Shown piece after piece: positions 19,962 to 30,000 of a stretch of DNA of 64,000 bases; within the stretch, counting starts at the first letter, position 1, and every line of letters begins with the position of its first letter. The translations under genes were made by a program, and so were the position numbers. Source of the stretch: a virus; IMG/VR virus record IMGVR_UViG_3300030099_006533; one strand, 5' to 3'. A model generated the notes under the pieces. The model saw nothing but the letters and a program-made list of their open reading frames with translations. It was not told the origin of the DNA and did no database searches.

Positions 19962-20876
19962 ATGGCATTTTTAGATAACTCTGGAGATATTATTCTTGAT
20001 GCCGTATTGACTGATACGGGCCGTTTCCGTCTCGCTAAGGGCGACGGAAGCTTCAAGATTACAAAATTCGCTTTAGGAGATGATGAGATTGATTACGCAT
20101 TGTATGATAAGAATCATGCTTCTGGCAGCGCATACTATGACTTAGAGGTGCTACAGACTCCTGTACTTGAGGCCTTTACTAACAACACCTCGATGCTCAA
20201 GTCCCGCCTAATTTCAATCCCGCGAACAAACCTTCTATACCTCCCAGTTATTAAACTAAATGAAATCTACGCCCCAAGTAATGCTAGGCACACTTCAGGG
20301 GCTTTTCTAGTCGCAGTCAATAAAGACACAGAGGAAGCGGTCGGCACCGACGCTTCCGGTAACGCAGTAAACGGAATTGTTTATGGAGAAAACGTGGGCG
20401 CTGGAACAACAATTCGTTGTGACCAGGGACTAGACACAACAGAGATCTCACCAGCGTTTACAATTGACGCTGATTTGGTCGAAACACAGTATATTGTAGA
20501 GATTGATAACAGATTTGGCTCTCTTGTCAATCCAAGCAATGGAAGCATCGCATCTCCCTCCTTCATTGATGACGACAACATTGCAACGTATTTCTTTTCA
20601 CTCGGTACTGATATTGGTATTGTATCCGAGAATACAGAGAGAGACGTTGCAGCTAGCACACAAACAGTGCAAGGCCCTCGCGGCACCTTCATTGAATTGC
20701 AGGTCCAATCTTCATTGGACTTAAATACTGGCACATTCTTGTTTACCGAGCTTGGCTCCACGACAACAGTGAATGGTTCAGTAAGCTGCTTTTTCATTGA
20801 TACAACCCTGAGAATTACAGGCGCTACAACAGGATATCGAATTGACGTACCAGTTAGATTCGTAAGAAAGCAATAA
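19962..20876 (+). CDS. Baseplate-module structural protein (LT..G...LA.G...FALGDDE N-terminal motif)
   Basis: N-terminal motif shared with 12502. Resembles the N-terminal half of tail-collar fibre (P2 gpH-like) attachment domains. Confidence 0.6.
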   Translation: MAFLDNSGDIILDAVLTDTGRFRLAKGDGSFKITKFALGDDEIDYALYDKNHASGSAYYDLEVLQTPVLEAFTNNTSMLKSRLISIPRTNLLYLPVIKLNEIYAPSNARHTSGAFLVAVNKDTEEAVGTDASGNAVNGIVYGENVGAGTTIRCDQGLDTTEISPAFTIDADLVETQYIVEIDNRFGSLVNPSNGSIASPSFIDDDNIATYFFSLGTDIGIVSENTERDVAASTQTVQGPRGTFIELQVQSSLDLNTGTFLFTELGSTTTVNGSVSCFFIDTTLRITGATTGYRIDVPVRFVRKQ

Positions 20877-20888
20877 TAGGATTTAAAT

Positions 20889-22043
20889 ATGGCTACTACA
20901 TTCAAATCATTTTCTAATAACGACGTAATTTCAACAAAGACATTACTACATGAAGCGATTCCGGTTACGGGCTCAATCGTGTCAGGCACTTATGCCGATT
21001 TAAATATTAAAAACTTTGCACATGGGCAGTTCCAATCAGTTTATGATTACCCTTACCTAAGTTCTTCTGCTAACCATGTTTTCGATATTACCACAGGATA
21101 CTCAGCACATTCTGCTCTTTCTGGTGCTTCCAATACGGTCGCACAGAGAAAGAAGATCAACATCTATAACCAAATGGCACAAGTCCTTATGGGGTTCGAT
21201 CACACAGGCTCAGTACAGATGTTTGACGAAGATGGTGACTTGCTAGCCGGCGGCACTAAGATTGACAGTGCTTACTTCCTTAACTTCTCACGACTGCTCG
21301 TTAAAGACGAGATCAAGAAAGGCTCCTTCTCGCTAACTCTAGGCGTTGGCGCAGATGCCCCTCATAAGACTTCTGCAAACACATTCGAGAAGAGAATTAA
21401 GCTTGCAGACACAAACGCCCAGAACGACTTCAGGGTTAACTCACCTGCAGGAGAGTATGGTATCCTCTACGCAACAGTAGACGAAGGCTCCAGTGTCCTT
21501 ACACAGCCTAATGGAACACAAAAGGCCGGCCTGATTTTTTATCAGGCAGGTATCGTTGTTGTCACATCTTCAGTTCTTCTACGCGTTGAGTCGGGTGCAG
21601 ATCAGAATGTAAGAGGAAGTGGCCTCTTACACACCTCACTCGGAGCCCCGCTCACCGCGTCAATCTTTGGCCATAAGGGCTATAACTCCTCAACATCTGA
21701 AACTGCACACCAGATCATGACAGGCTCAAACATTAGTGCTTCCTGTGATGGTTTCCGCGCTAGAATTCATAATGTCTCCTTCAATAACACAACAGAGCTA
21801 AACTCAACAGTATACTTCTGCAGAGCAAATCACAATGAGTTCAACTACAGCGCAAACCCGACATACCTTAGTGCATCAAAGCTGCGAGTTAAGCAGCAGA
21901 GCACAGATACTCCGGTTTCATTTGTCACGACAGTAGGGTTATACTCTGCAGACAACGAATTGATGGCTGTTGCTAAATTGTCCGAGCCCCTTCGCAAGGA
22001 TCCGACAAACGAGATGACGCTGAGAGTTCGTCTGGATTACTAA
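20889..22043 (+). CDS. Baseplate/tail-fibre attachment-like protein, paralogue of 22738
   Basis: C-terminus VGLYSADNELMAVAKLSEPLRKDPTNEMTLRVRLDY resembles the GLfd..g.LiAva motif of tail-collar domains. Confidence 0.6.
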   Translation: MATTFKSFSNNDVISTKTLLHEAIPVTGSIVSGTYADLNIKNFAHGQFQSVYDYPYLSSSANHVFDITTGYSAHSALSGASNTVAQRKKINIYNQMAQVLMGFDHTGSVQMFDEDGDLLAGGTKIDSAYFLNFSRLLVKDEIKKGSFSLTLGVGADAPHKTSANTFEKRIKLADTNAQNDFRVNSPAGEYGILYATVDEGSSVLTQPNGTQKAGLIFYQAGIVVVTSSVLLRVESGADQNVRGSGLLHTSLGAPLTASIFGHKGYNSSTSETAHQIMTGSNISASCDGFRARIHNVSFNNTTELNSTVYFCRANHNEFNYSANPTYLSASKLRVKQQSTDTPVSFVTTVGLYSADNELMAVAKLSEPLRKDPTNEMTLRVRLDY

Positions 22044-22044
22044 A

Positions 22045-22722
22045 ATGTCAGGCGATGTTAAAGCATCCCGCCGACTTAAATCAAAGTACAAGAGACTTTT
22101 GACAGAACTAGAGTATCTGTACACTAAGCTGGACTACGTTACAGAAGAACACGAGCTTAGAAAACAAGAGTTTCAAGAAGATTTTCTTGAGTTTTGCGAA
22201 GAGTATGATTATGATTGTAATACGCAAAAGACACAAGAAACATATCAAGAAAAGCAAGTAGATCCGTATATTGTCGATTTGACTGAGCAAGAGATCTCTG
22301 AGATTGAAGAAGACCTTGAAAACGATGATCTAGATGACAGCGCCCGCGACTTGAAAAACCTATATAGAAAAATTGCTGTACAAACACACCCCGATAAGCT
22401 ATTAGCTGAAAAGCAAGAGAGCGTTAAAGAAAAGAAAAAAAGACTATTTTTAGAGGCAAAGCAGGCCTTAGAAGACAGTAACTTCTTTAAGATGGCTCAA
22501 ATTGCAAAAGAGCTAGACGTGGAATTGCCAGAACCAACGAACCAGCAGCTTGTCTGGATGCGCAGCGAAAAAAAGAAAATTGAAAAAACAATTGATGGAG
22601 TCAAGCAGACTTTTGAATGGGTGTACGGCAACGAAGGCCCGACCGTATCAAAAGTAAACCTGTTCAGCAGGTACGCTGAAATTATTGGTTGTGTAAAATT
22701 ACAAAAAGAAATCCGCATCTAA
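22045..22722 (+). CDS. DnaJ (J-domain) co-chaperone-like protein with N-terminal coiled coil
   Basis: LKNLYRKIAVQTHPDK...KKRLFLEAKQA: helix II, HPD and helix III of a J-domain. Confidence 0.8.
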   Translation: MSGDVKASRRLKSKYKRLLTELEYLYTKLDYVTEEHELRKQEFQEDFLEFCEEYDYDCNTQKTQETYQEKQVDPYIVDLTEQEISEIEEDLENDDLDDSARDLKNLYRKIAVQTHPDKLLAEKQESVKEKKKRLFLEAKQALEDSNFFKMAQIAKELDVELPEPTNQQLVWMRSEKKKIEKTIDGVKQTFEWVYGNEGPTVSKVNLFSRYAEIIGCVKLQKEIRI

Positions 22723-22737
22723 GCTAATTAATAGAGC

Positions 22738-23988
22738 ATGTACATCTATAAGTTTAATTCCGAAGACATCATTTACAACAGGATCAAAACGTATCCAAGA
22801 TTCCGCTTTTTTGTTTATGATGAAAAGATCTATATCAATGACGAATCTAACATGAGTGGTTCGTTTGCTTCATCCGTTCTTAATACCTCAACTGGTCAAG
22901 TGAGCCTACATGAGATGAATGTCGATAGAGCAGAAGCTAACACAGGCCGTACGATTGGCTTTGATAGTGTTAATGACAACGGTCTTATTTATCCATTCGT
23001 GACCAAAGATGGCACCCTATCTTCGTTTAAGACCGTAACTGCTGGCTCGTTTGCTGCTTTTGGGTATGGTACGGTCATGTCATCAAGTTATCCGATGACC
23101 GCATCGTTAAGCAGGGGCTTTTATCAACAAGGCACTGCACGTCGACAAATAACGGCACTAAAGAATACGATGAATTATTATACGCCTCTTAGTGATCACT
23201 ATGCATACTCGTCCTCACTAGGAGATAAGAGCAACCAAGACTTAAACCTGATCAGCATACCCTCAATCTTGTATGGCTCTTCAATCAAAAAAGGTAGCGT
23301 ATCGCTCAAGTACTATGTCTCGGGAACATTGGTGGCAGAACTAGCAGACAAAGAGCGCAATGGTGAGCTAATACAGATCTCAGGATCTGCATACGCGCAA
23401 AGTCAGGGCGCTAACAAGGTTGCGGGAGTCGTTCTGTATAACGAAGGGTTTATCATCTTAACAGGAAGCTGGAACCTAGAAAACACCACAGCAGTGTATG
23501 GCGGCGGTGCTACAGGCCGTGATTATATTAATGATCCATCAGATCTTAGAACCTCTGCGTGGAAATATTGGGGCACCACCATGCCCGGCGATGGATACAC
23601 CACAACCAGTGGATCTACAGAATATATTAGTTATGGTATTGACTATAAAGGTACAAACTATGTGCCGGTAATGACCATGCTGGCTCACGCGCCAAAAGGG
23701 CACCTAAACTATTCAAACAATCCTACGTTTGTAAAACACGGCCAGCAGAGAAAGTTAACGCCGGTTACCGGATCCAGAATCTACAAAGAATCAGACACAA
23801 TCGAAGCAAAGAACACGATGTCGTCCAGCTACCCAGACCCCGTAGCTTCATATAGAAAACAGACATTCATTACTAAAATTGGCCTCTATGATGACGAAGG
23901 AAACTTAATTGCAATTGCTAATTTGGCAAATCCTGTGAAAAAACTTGAAGATCTAGATTATACTTTTAAACTAAAGCTAGATTTTTAG
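22738..23988 (+). CDS. Baseplate/tail-fibre attachment-like protein, paralogue of 20889
   Basis: C-terminus IGLYDDEGNLIAIANLANPVKKLEDLDYTFKLKLDF. The internal GVVLYNEGFIILT parallels GLIFYQAGIVVVT of 20889. Confidence 0.6.
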   Translation: MYIYKFNSEDIIYNRIKTYPRFRFFVYDEKIYINDESNMSGSFASSVLNTSTGQVSLHEMNVDRAEANTGRTIGFDSVNDNGLIYPFVTKDGTLSSFKTVTAGSFAAFGYGTVMSSSYPMTASLSRGFYQQGTARRQITALKNTMNYYTPLSDHYAYSSSLGDKSNQDLNLISIPSILYGSSIKKGSVSLKYYVSGTLVAELADKERNGELIQISGSAYAQSQGANKVAGVVLYNEGFIILTGSWNLENTTAVYGGGATGRDYINDPSDLRTSAWKYWGTTMPGDGYTTTSGSTEYISYGIDYKGTNYVPVMTMLAHAPKGHLNYSNNPTFVKHGQQRKLTPVTGSRIYKESDTIEAKNTMSSSYPDPVASYRKQTFITKIGLYDDEGNLIAIANLANPVKKLEDLDYTFKLKLDF

Positions 23989-23997
23989 GAGAGGCGC

Positions 23998-24414
23998 ATG
24001 TCTAAAATTAGAGAAGAAAAGCACGCAAAAGCTGCTTGGATTACAAGATGGAGAAAAGAGGATAAACCCTGGGGCTCAGAAATGATCTGGGCTAGTTTTA
24101 CTGCTGGCCACGGAAAATTACTAACTTTACAAGAAGGAAAAAGAACAAGCCTTAAATACAATCCACAAAAAAGTGAATCACTAATCGTTCTTACGGGCAA
24201 AGTTCACGCTAAGTATGGTGATGAGTATACGCTTGATGACCCTGTGGGGCACCCTTGGCATGAGGCTATGCTTGAGCCCGGGATGACTCTTAACGTACAG
24301 TCTGGCTGCCCCTATCGTCTAACGGCAGTAGAGGAGTCGACTATTGTAGAGATAGGAAACCACTTGGCAGACAAGCCTGTTAGAATCGAAGACGACTATG
24401 GACGGTCTGAATGA
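23998..24414 (+). CDS. Cupin-fold protein (type II mannose-6-phosphate isomerase C-terminal-like), metal ligands degenerate
   Basis: KPWG.E.IW, GK.L...G.R.SL.Y...K.E...V.TG and terminal R.EDDYGR are hallmarks of this cupin family. AGGAG SD upstream. Confidence 0.75.
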   Translation: MSKIREEKHAKAAWITRWRKEDKPWGSEMIWASFTAGHGKLLTLQEGKRTSLKYNPQKSESLIVLTGKVHAKYGDEYTLDDPVGHPWHEAMLEPGMTLNVQSGCPYRLTAVEESTIVEIGNHLADKPVRIEDDYGRSE

Positions 24415-24965
24415 TACTTGGTCTAGACGTATCGACTAGTATCACGGGGGTGACAGTGGTCGACAACTCAGGCAGTATATTATACAATGATGCTTGGGAT
24501 ACACGCAAATTTAAAAATATTTTTGAGAAAGCAACTTATGTTAAAGAACAAATACACGACCTATATGACAAATATGGTCTTAATCGTTATAGCCATACTG
24601 GCAACGCTATTGAACATATATTCATCGAGCAGAGCTTACAGTCTTTTAGAAGCGGATTCTCCTCCGCAAAAACTCTTTCAACTCTCTCACGGTTCAATGG
24701 AATTGTGTCATGGATGTGTTTCGACATCTTCTCCATCGAGCCAGAATATGTGGCCGCTACAAGCGCCCGTAAATTAGCCGGCATCAAAGTCTCCCGCGGC
24801 CAAAAAGCTAAAGAGGTTGTACTTAAGCACGTTGAAGAGCAAAACTGGCTCAGCGTAGAATATACTAAACATGGCAATCCAAAGCCACAATTTTATGATC
24901 GTGCAGATTCTATAATAATTGCAAAAGCGGGATACTACTTAGTGCAGGAGAGCGTAAAAAAATGA
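24411..24965 (+). CDS. ruvC: RuvC-like Holliday junction resolvase
   Basis: ILGLDVSTSITG, IFIEQ and terminal YDRADSIIIA supply the RNase H-fold D/E/D/D set. Confidence 0.8.
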   Translation: MILGLDVSTSITGVTVVDNSGSILYNDAWDTRKFKNIFEKATYVKEQIHDLYDKYGLNRYSHTGNAIEHIFIEQSLQSFRSGFSSAKTLSTLSRFNGIVSWMCFDIFSIEPEYVAATSARKLAGIKVSRGQKAKEVVLKHVEEQNWLSVEYTKHGNPKPQFYDRADSIIIAKAGYYLVQESVKK

Positions 24966-25843
24966 ATAAGCAAATGATGACAGAATGGCGTACTTTTCTT
25001 AATGAAGAAAATCGCCCAGCAGAAGAGATCTCAGATGAGGTGCTTGCATTGATTTTCTCAAAAGAAATCGATGCTATTTTAAAAGATAGTAATTTGCATG
25101 AAGGCATTGCTGACCGAGCAAAGGCCTTGGCCAAAAAGTATGGTCTTCCACTCGCAGTCGCCACAGGGTTACTCGCTGGAACTGTCGGCGGTAAAAAGTT
25201 TGCCGATTATCAAAATATGAAAGGTGCTGAAGCCTCAGCAGCCATGACAGCGGCCCAGCCAGGAACCTATGCGTTTCACAGAGCAGCGCGCCCGCCTGGA
25301 TATACCGAGCTAAGCAATCGTGCCTCTATTGAAAAAGCTTGGAATGATATTGCAAATTTGCAACGCTTTCGAGCCCCAGTTTCAGGAAATATCCCCACTT
25401 TAGTTGATGGCGAAATTAAGACTCTAACATTCTCTTATATCCCCACACAAGAAATGTTGCCAGATACAGTTTTACCGATGTCTTTGATGACAGCAGAGCG
25501 ATACCGCGAGATGCTTGAAACGCGACTGCAGCGCCGACCTCAAGAACTTATTTACCTTAAAAATATGATTTTTGGCGATACAGGCAAATGGGCTAGTGGT
25601 ACCGGAGAAAAGCACTTTAGAATTGAAGGAGGCCACGCGCTTCTGCCACCAGAGTGGTCAATCGCTCACGAGGTTTATGCCAATGCCGTTGAGAGTAGGT
25701 TGAAAGAACTGCTAAACTATATTGAAACTGCCGATGCTGAAGCTAGCCTAGAGGTGTTTCAACAGCTTGGCGCCCAGAACGAAGAACAATTTCGTGAGTT
25801 TATTAACGATCAAATGTATAAAATTGGTCGACCACAACAGTAA
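24962..25843 (+). CDS. Hypothetical protein with N-terminal 'EW..F..E' leader, possible internal head/cargo protein
   Basis: MNKQMMTEWRTFLNEE leader. Hydrophobic Gly-rich helix LPLAVATGLLAGTVGG. Confidence 0.6.
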   Translation: MNKQMMTEWRTFLNEENRPAEEISDEVLALIFSKEIDAILKDSNLHEGIADRAKALAKKYGLPLAVATGLLAGTVGGKKFADYQNMKGAEASAAMTAAQPGTYAFHRAARPPGYTELSNRASIEKAWNDIANLQRFRAPVSGNIPTLVDGEIKTLTFSYIPTQEMLPDTVLPMSLMTAERYREMLETRLQRRPQELIYLKNMIFGDTGKWASGTGEKHFRIEGGHALLPPEWSIAHEVYANAVESRLKELLNYIETADAEASLEVFQQLGAQNEEQFREFINDQMYKIGRPQQ

Positions 25844-25852
25844 AAAAAATAC

Positions 25853-25881
25853 TTGACACCTGCTGCCCTAGGTGATATATT
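25853..25881 (+). promoter_or_regulatory. Sigma70-type promoter TTGACA-N17-TATATT with extended -10 TG
   Basis: TTGACA 25853-25858, 17-nt spacer ending TGA, TATATT 25876-25881, A-tract upstream. Precedes the primase/Mre11-Rad50 block. Confidence 0.8.
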
Positions 25882-25899
25882 GGTTATACAGGAGAGTTT

Positions 25900-26070
25900 A
25901 TGGATTCACTCAAATACATCGCAGCAGGCTTTTTTCTGGGCTTAGGCTTGACTTATTTTATGCAAGGCTTTTATGAGCCTCCCCCGCAAGTCAACTATAT
26001 TGATCAAGAGATGCATGATGATCAAGAGATTGATAAGGTAATTCTAGTAGAGATTCCCCAAGAGCAGTAA
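25900..26070 (+). CDS. Small (56 aa) single-pass membrane protein, not in track
   Basis: GGAG SD at 25891. MDSLKYIAAGFFLGLGLTYFMQGFYEPPPQVNYIDQEMHDDQEIDKVILVEIPKEQ. Its TAA overlaps the primase ATG (TAATG). Confidence 0.7.
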   Translation: MDSLKYIAAGFFLGLGLTYFMQGFYEPPPQVNYIDQEMHDDQEIDKVILVEIPQEQ

Positions 26071-27002
26071 TGCACGAGCATGAAAAGTACAAGATCGTAA
26101 CACAGGTCTTGGGCCGTTCGTATAAGTCTGGCTCCGAGCACTTGTTTTTCTGCCCATACTGTAAGCATCATAAGCGCAAGTTGTCAGTTAACATTGAGCG
26201 TGATGTTTACAAGTGCTGGATTTGTGATGCCCGCGGCCGCTCGTGTCGTCGGATCATTCGCCGCTTTGGTGACTTTGCGTTGTTGCAGCAGTGGGATGCA
26301 GTCGCCGGCCGAGTAAGCTTAGACGCGTTCGATTCTCTATTTGAAGAGGAAACACCAGAACCAGAATACATTCTAGATATGCCAGAAGGATTTAGGACCC
26401 TTACTGGCAACTCGATTCCGCTATCTGCCAAGCCGGCTAAGGCATATCTGCGTTCTCGTGGGATTACAAATAGCGATATCTTGCGATGGAAAATAGGGTA
26501 CACATCAGTTGGGGACTATGCGGATAGGATTGTAGTACCAAGCTACAATATGTCGGGCGAACTAAACTACTTTGTGGCCCGAACATATCGCGACAGTTTC
26601 AGAAAGTACATGAACCCGTCAGCCTCAAGAGACATATGCTTTAATGAGTTGTTTGTTGATTGGGACAGTGATCTAGTAATTGTTGAAGGGATCTTTGATG
26701 CTATCGTGGCTGGTAATGCTGTACCTATTCTTGGCTCTAGCTTGCGAAAAGACTCAAAACTCATAAAGAGGATCGTAGAAAATGATACTCCTGTGTACAT
26801 TGCTCTTGACGCTGACGCTGAAAAAAAGGCCAAAAAAATAATCAAAACAATGTTACAATTTGACATTGAGTTGTACAAAGTTGACGTTAAAGGCTGTGAA
26901 GACGTGGGGTCTTTAACGAAAGAAGAATTTGCACGTCGCAAAGAAAGAGCTACTTTCGTAGATGCAGATACGCATCTTCAAGAAATGGTTATGTCCATTT
27001 AG
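26070..27002 (+). CDS. DNA primase (zinc-binding domain plus TOPRIM), DnaG/T4 gp61-like
   Basis: CPYC.HH...CWIC zinc ribbon; IVEGIFDA and IALDADA TOPRIM motifs. Confidence 0.9.
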   Translation: MHEHEKYKIVTQVLGRSYKSGSEHLFFCPYCKHHKRKLSVNIERDVYKCWICDARGRSCRRIIRRFGDFALLQQWDAVAGRVSLDAFDSLFEEETPEPEYILDMPEGFRTLTGNSIPLSAKPAKAYLRSRGITNSDILRWKIGYTSVGDYADRIVVPSYNMSGELNYFVARTYRDSFRKYMNPSASRDICFNELFVDWDSDLVIVEGIFDAIVAGNAVPILGSSLRKDSKLIKRIVENDTPVYIALDADAEKKAKKIIKTMLQFDIELYKVDVKGCEDVGSLTKEEFARRKERATFVDADTHLQEMVMSI

Positions 27003-27016
27003 GACAAGGAGAGTGT

Positions 27017-30000
27017 ATGAAAATCGCGCATATTGCCGACACACACATTAAGAACTTAAAATATCACTATGAATATCGAGTCGTATTTGAGCAATTGTAT
27101 GAGACTCTACGGAACGAAAAGGTAGACTATATTGTTCATTGTGGAGATATTGCACATACGAAAACTCAGATCTCGCCAGAGTTTGTAGAGTTGTGTACTG
27201 ATTTCTTTCGTAACTTAGCTGCAATTGCACCGACTTATATTATCTTGGGCAACCATGACGGCAACCTAAAGAACAGTAGCCGTCAAGACGCCCTGACGCC
27301 CATTGCAGACGCCTTAAACTGCAATAGGCTACATCTACTTAAGAACTCGGGCGAGACGGTTGTAAGCGATTCTTTGACCCTTAATGTGCTTAGTGTGTTT
27401 GATCAGGACAATTGGGTTAAGCCATCGGACGATTCTAAGATTAATGTCGCCTTATATCACGGCGCCATTAGCGGCGTGTCAACTGATATTGGCTGGGTGA
27501 TGGATCATGGCGAGCACGACGTTGGTATCTTTGAGCACCACGATTTCGCGATGCTTGGCGATATCCATAAAACCAATCAGGTTCTAGATCATGAAGGACG
27601 CGTGCGTTACTGTGGGTCGACTGTACAACAGAATCATGGCGAGACCAATGATAAAGGATTCTTGATTTGGGATATTCGTAGTAAAGACGATTTTACTGTC
27701 AAGCACCATGTTCTGCTGAACCCCAAGCCGTTTATCACGATTGAACTAACACCAAAGGGCCGCATGCCCAAAGGCACAAGTGTTCCTGATGGCGCACGCC
27801 TAAGACTTGTAAGCAACAATAACCTTCCTCTATCTAAGATGAAGAAGGCTGTTGACATTGCAAAACACAGGTTCAGCCCAGAAAGCATCACATTCCTAAA
27901 CCGTGCTGCCGGCGAACGTGGGAATGTTGAAGACCTTGCCAATGAACTAAAGACAGAAGACCTGCGAGATCCAGCAATTCAGAAGAAGCTCATTGCAGAG
28001 TATCTGAAAGATTATGAAGTAGACGAAATAATGATGGAGAGGGTTCAAAACTTGAACGCTCACTACAACCGCGTTGTTGAAGAGTCAGAAGAGGTTGGCC
28101 GTAATATCAACTGGAAGTTGCGAAGAGTGGAGTGGGACAACCTGTTCAACTACGGTAGCGACAATGCCATTGACTTTGATAAGGTAAACGGTATTATTGG
28201 CATCTTTGGCAAAAACTACAGCGGCAAGAGTAGCGTTGTTGATTCTATCTTATATACGATGTTTAACACCACATCAAAGAATGAGAGAAAGAATCTTAAC
28301 ATTATCAACCAGAATAAGAACGACTGCCGTGGTAAGTTGGAGCTTTCTGTTGGTGAGCGCAAGTACAGTATTGAAAGAACAAGTCAGAAGTATATCAAAC
28401 GACTCAAGGGTGAGGAAACGCTAGAGGCTAAGACTGACCTAAATTTTGAAGTTGCCTGTGAGGCTACCGGCGAGATCGAAAGCCTTAACGGCCTTAGTCG
28501 AATGGAGACAGACAGAAATATTCGTAAGCACTTCGGAACACTGGAGGATTTTCTCATCTCAGCAATGTCTAGTCAGCATGGTGCCCTTAGTTTTATTGAC
28601 GAAGGTTCCACGCGTCGTAAGGAGATTATCGCTAAGTTTCTAGACCTTGAGGTTTTTGAGAAAAAGTTTAAGTTGGCTAAGGAAGATGCGTCGGACACCC
28701 GCGGAGCACTCCGAAGACTTGACGGTCGCGACTATGATCAAGAGATTACGGAAGCACAAGAAGACCTTGAAGCCAACGTGCAGGAGATGGAGACTCAAAA
28801 GTCACTCTGTGCTGTCTTGAAGTCTGACATTGAAAAGCTAACGAATGATATAGCAGAGGTATCACTCAAGATCGACTCGATCCCAGCAGAGATCATTGAT
28901 GTTGTAAAGGTAAAGTCTGAGCTGGCTGTCGCAAGAAACAAGAAGATTGCTGTTGTTGATACCAACAAGGAAAACCGTGAGAAGCGCAAACAGAATGAGG
29001 AAATGTACGAGAAGATCAACAACTTCTTGGAGACCTTTGATCTGGAAGATTTAGAGAAAAAATCAGGAGAAATAGATGCACTGGCCGGCCAGATTAGCGA
29101 AGCTCAGGCCCTGCACAGCAACGAAGTTGCAGAACTTGAGCGTCATCGAAGGAAGAGTGCTCTGCTAGAGGGCATACCTTGTGGAACCAGCTTTCCAAGC
29201 TGCAAGTTTATCAAGGATGCACATGTTGCACAAACTAGGATTCCGATTAGCGAAACACAGATTGCCGAGATAAACGAGTCCCTCGCGGCCTTGCAGACAG
29301 AGTTAGAGGCCTATGAGCCTCATCGGGTACAGGAGCACCTGCTTAAGCACAAGAAGGTTCTAGAGCGCAAGGTGCTGGTATCTAACACTATTGCTGATTT
29401 GAACTTAGAGATTGAAAAGAACAAACTAGCTTCTGAAAAATTACACCATGAAATCAAAAGACTAACAGCCCAGCTAGATGAATACGATCAGAATAAGGAG
29501 GCAATCGAAAACCTTGAAGAACTAACCAGCACGCAAAAGTCGCTAACGCTTAACTTGACGTCTAAGAACAATCAACTCGATGCATGTGAAGAACAGATTC
29601 TTGAGCTTGTAAAGACCAACGGCTCTTTAGAGCAGAAGGTGGTGGCTATCCGAGAAGACAAAAAAGAGCGGCTAGATCTGCAGGAAGAGTTTGCTGCTTA
29701 TGATCTTTTCATGCGCTGTATGCATTCTAACGGCATTGCCTATGATATCATCAAGAAAAAGCTACCAGTCATCAATCAGGAGATCGCTAAGGTTCTTACA
29801 AATATTACCAATTTTGAAGTGTTCTTTGAGGACAACGGCAAGAAGTTTGATATTTTCATTAAGCACCCAAAACATGATGCTCGACCTATCGAAATGGCCT
29901 CCGGTGCTGAAAAGACTATGGGCGCCATGGCTATTCGACTGGCAATGTTATCGGTATCGTCTTTGCCAAAGGGCGATCTTTTTGTCCTAGATGAGCCCGG

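Noticed and set aside
20381-20989. 202-aa minus-strand ORF (and other antisense ORFs such as 18895-19326, 30020-region and 47912-48304)
   Set aside because: They lie fully opposite well-supported plus-strand genes, have no SD or motif, and show the antisense-shadow composition expected from codon bias.
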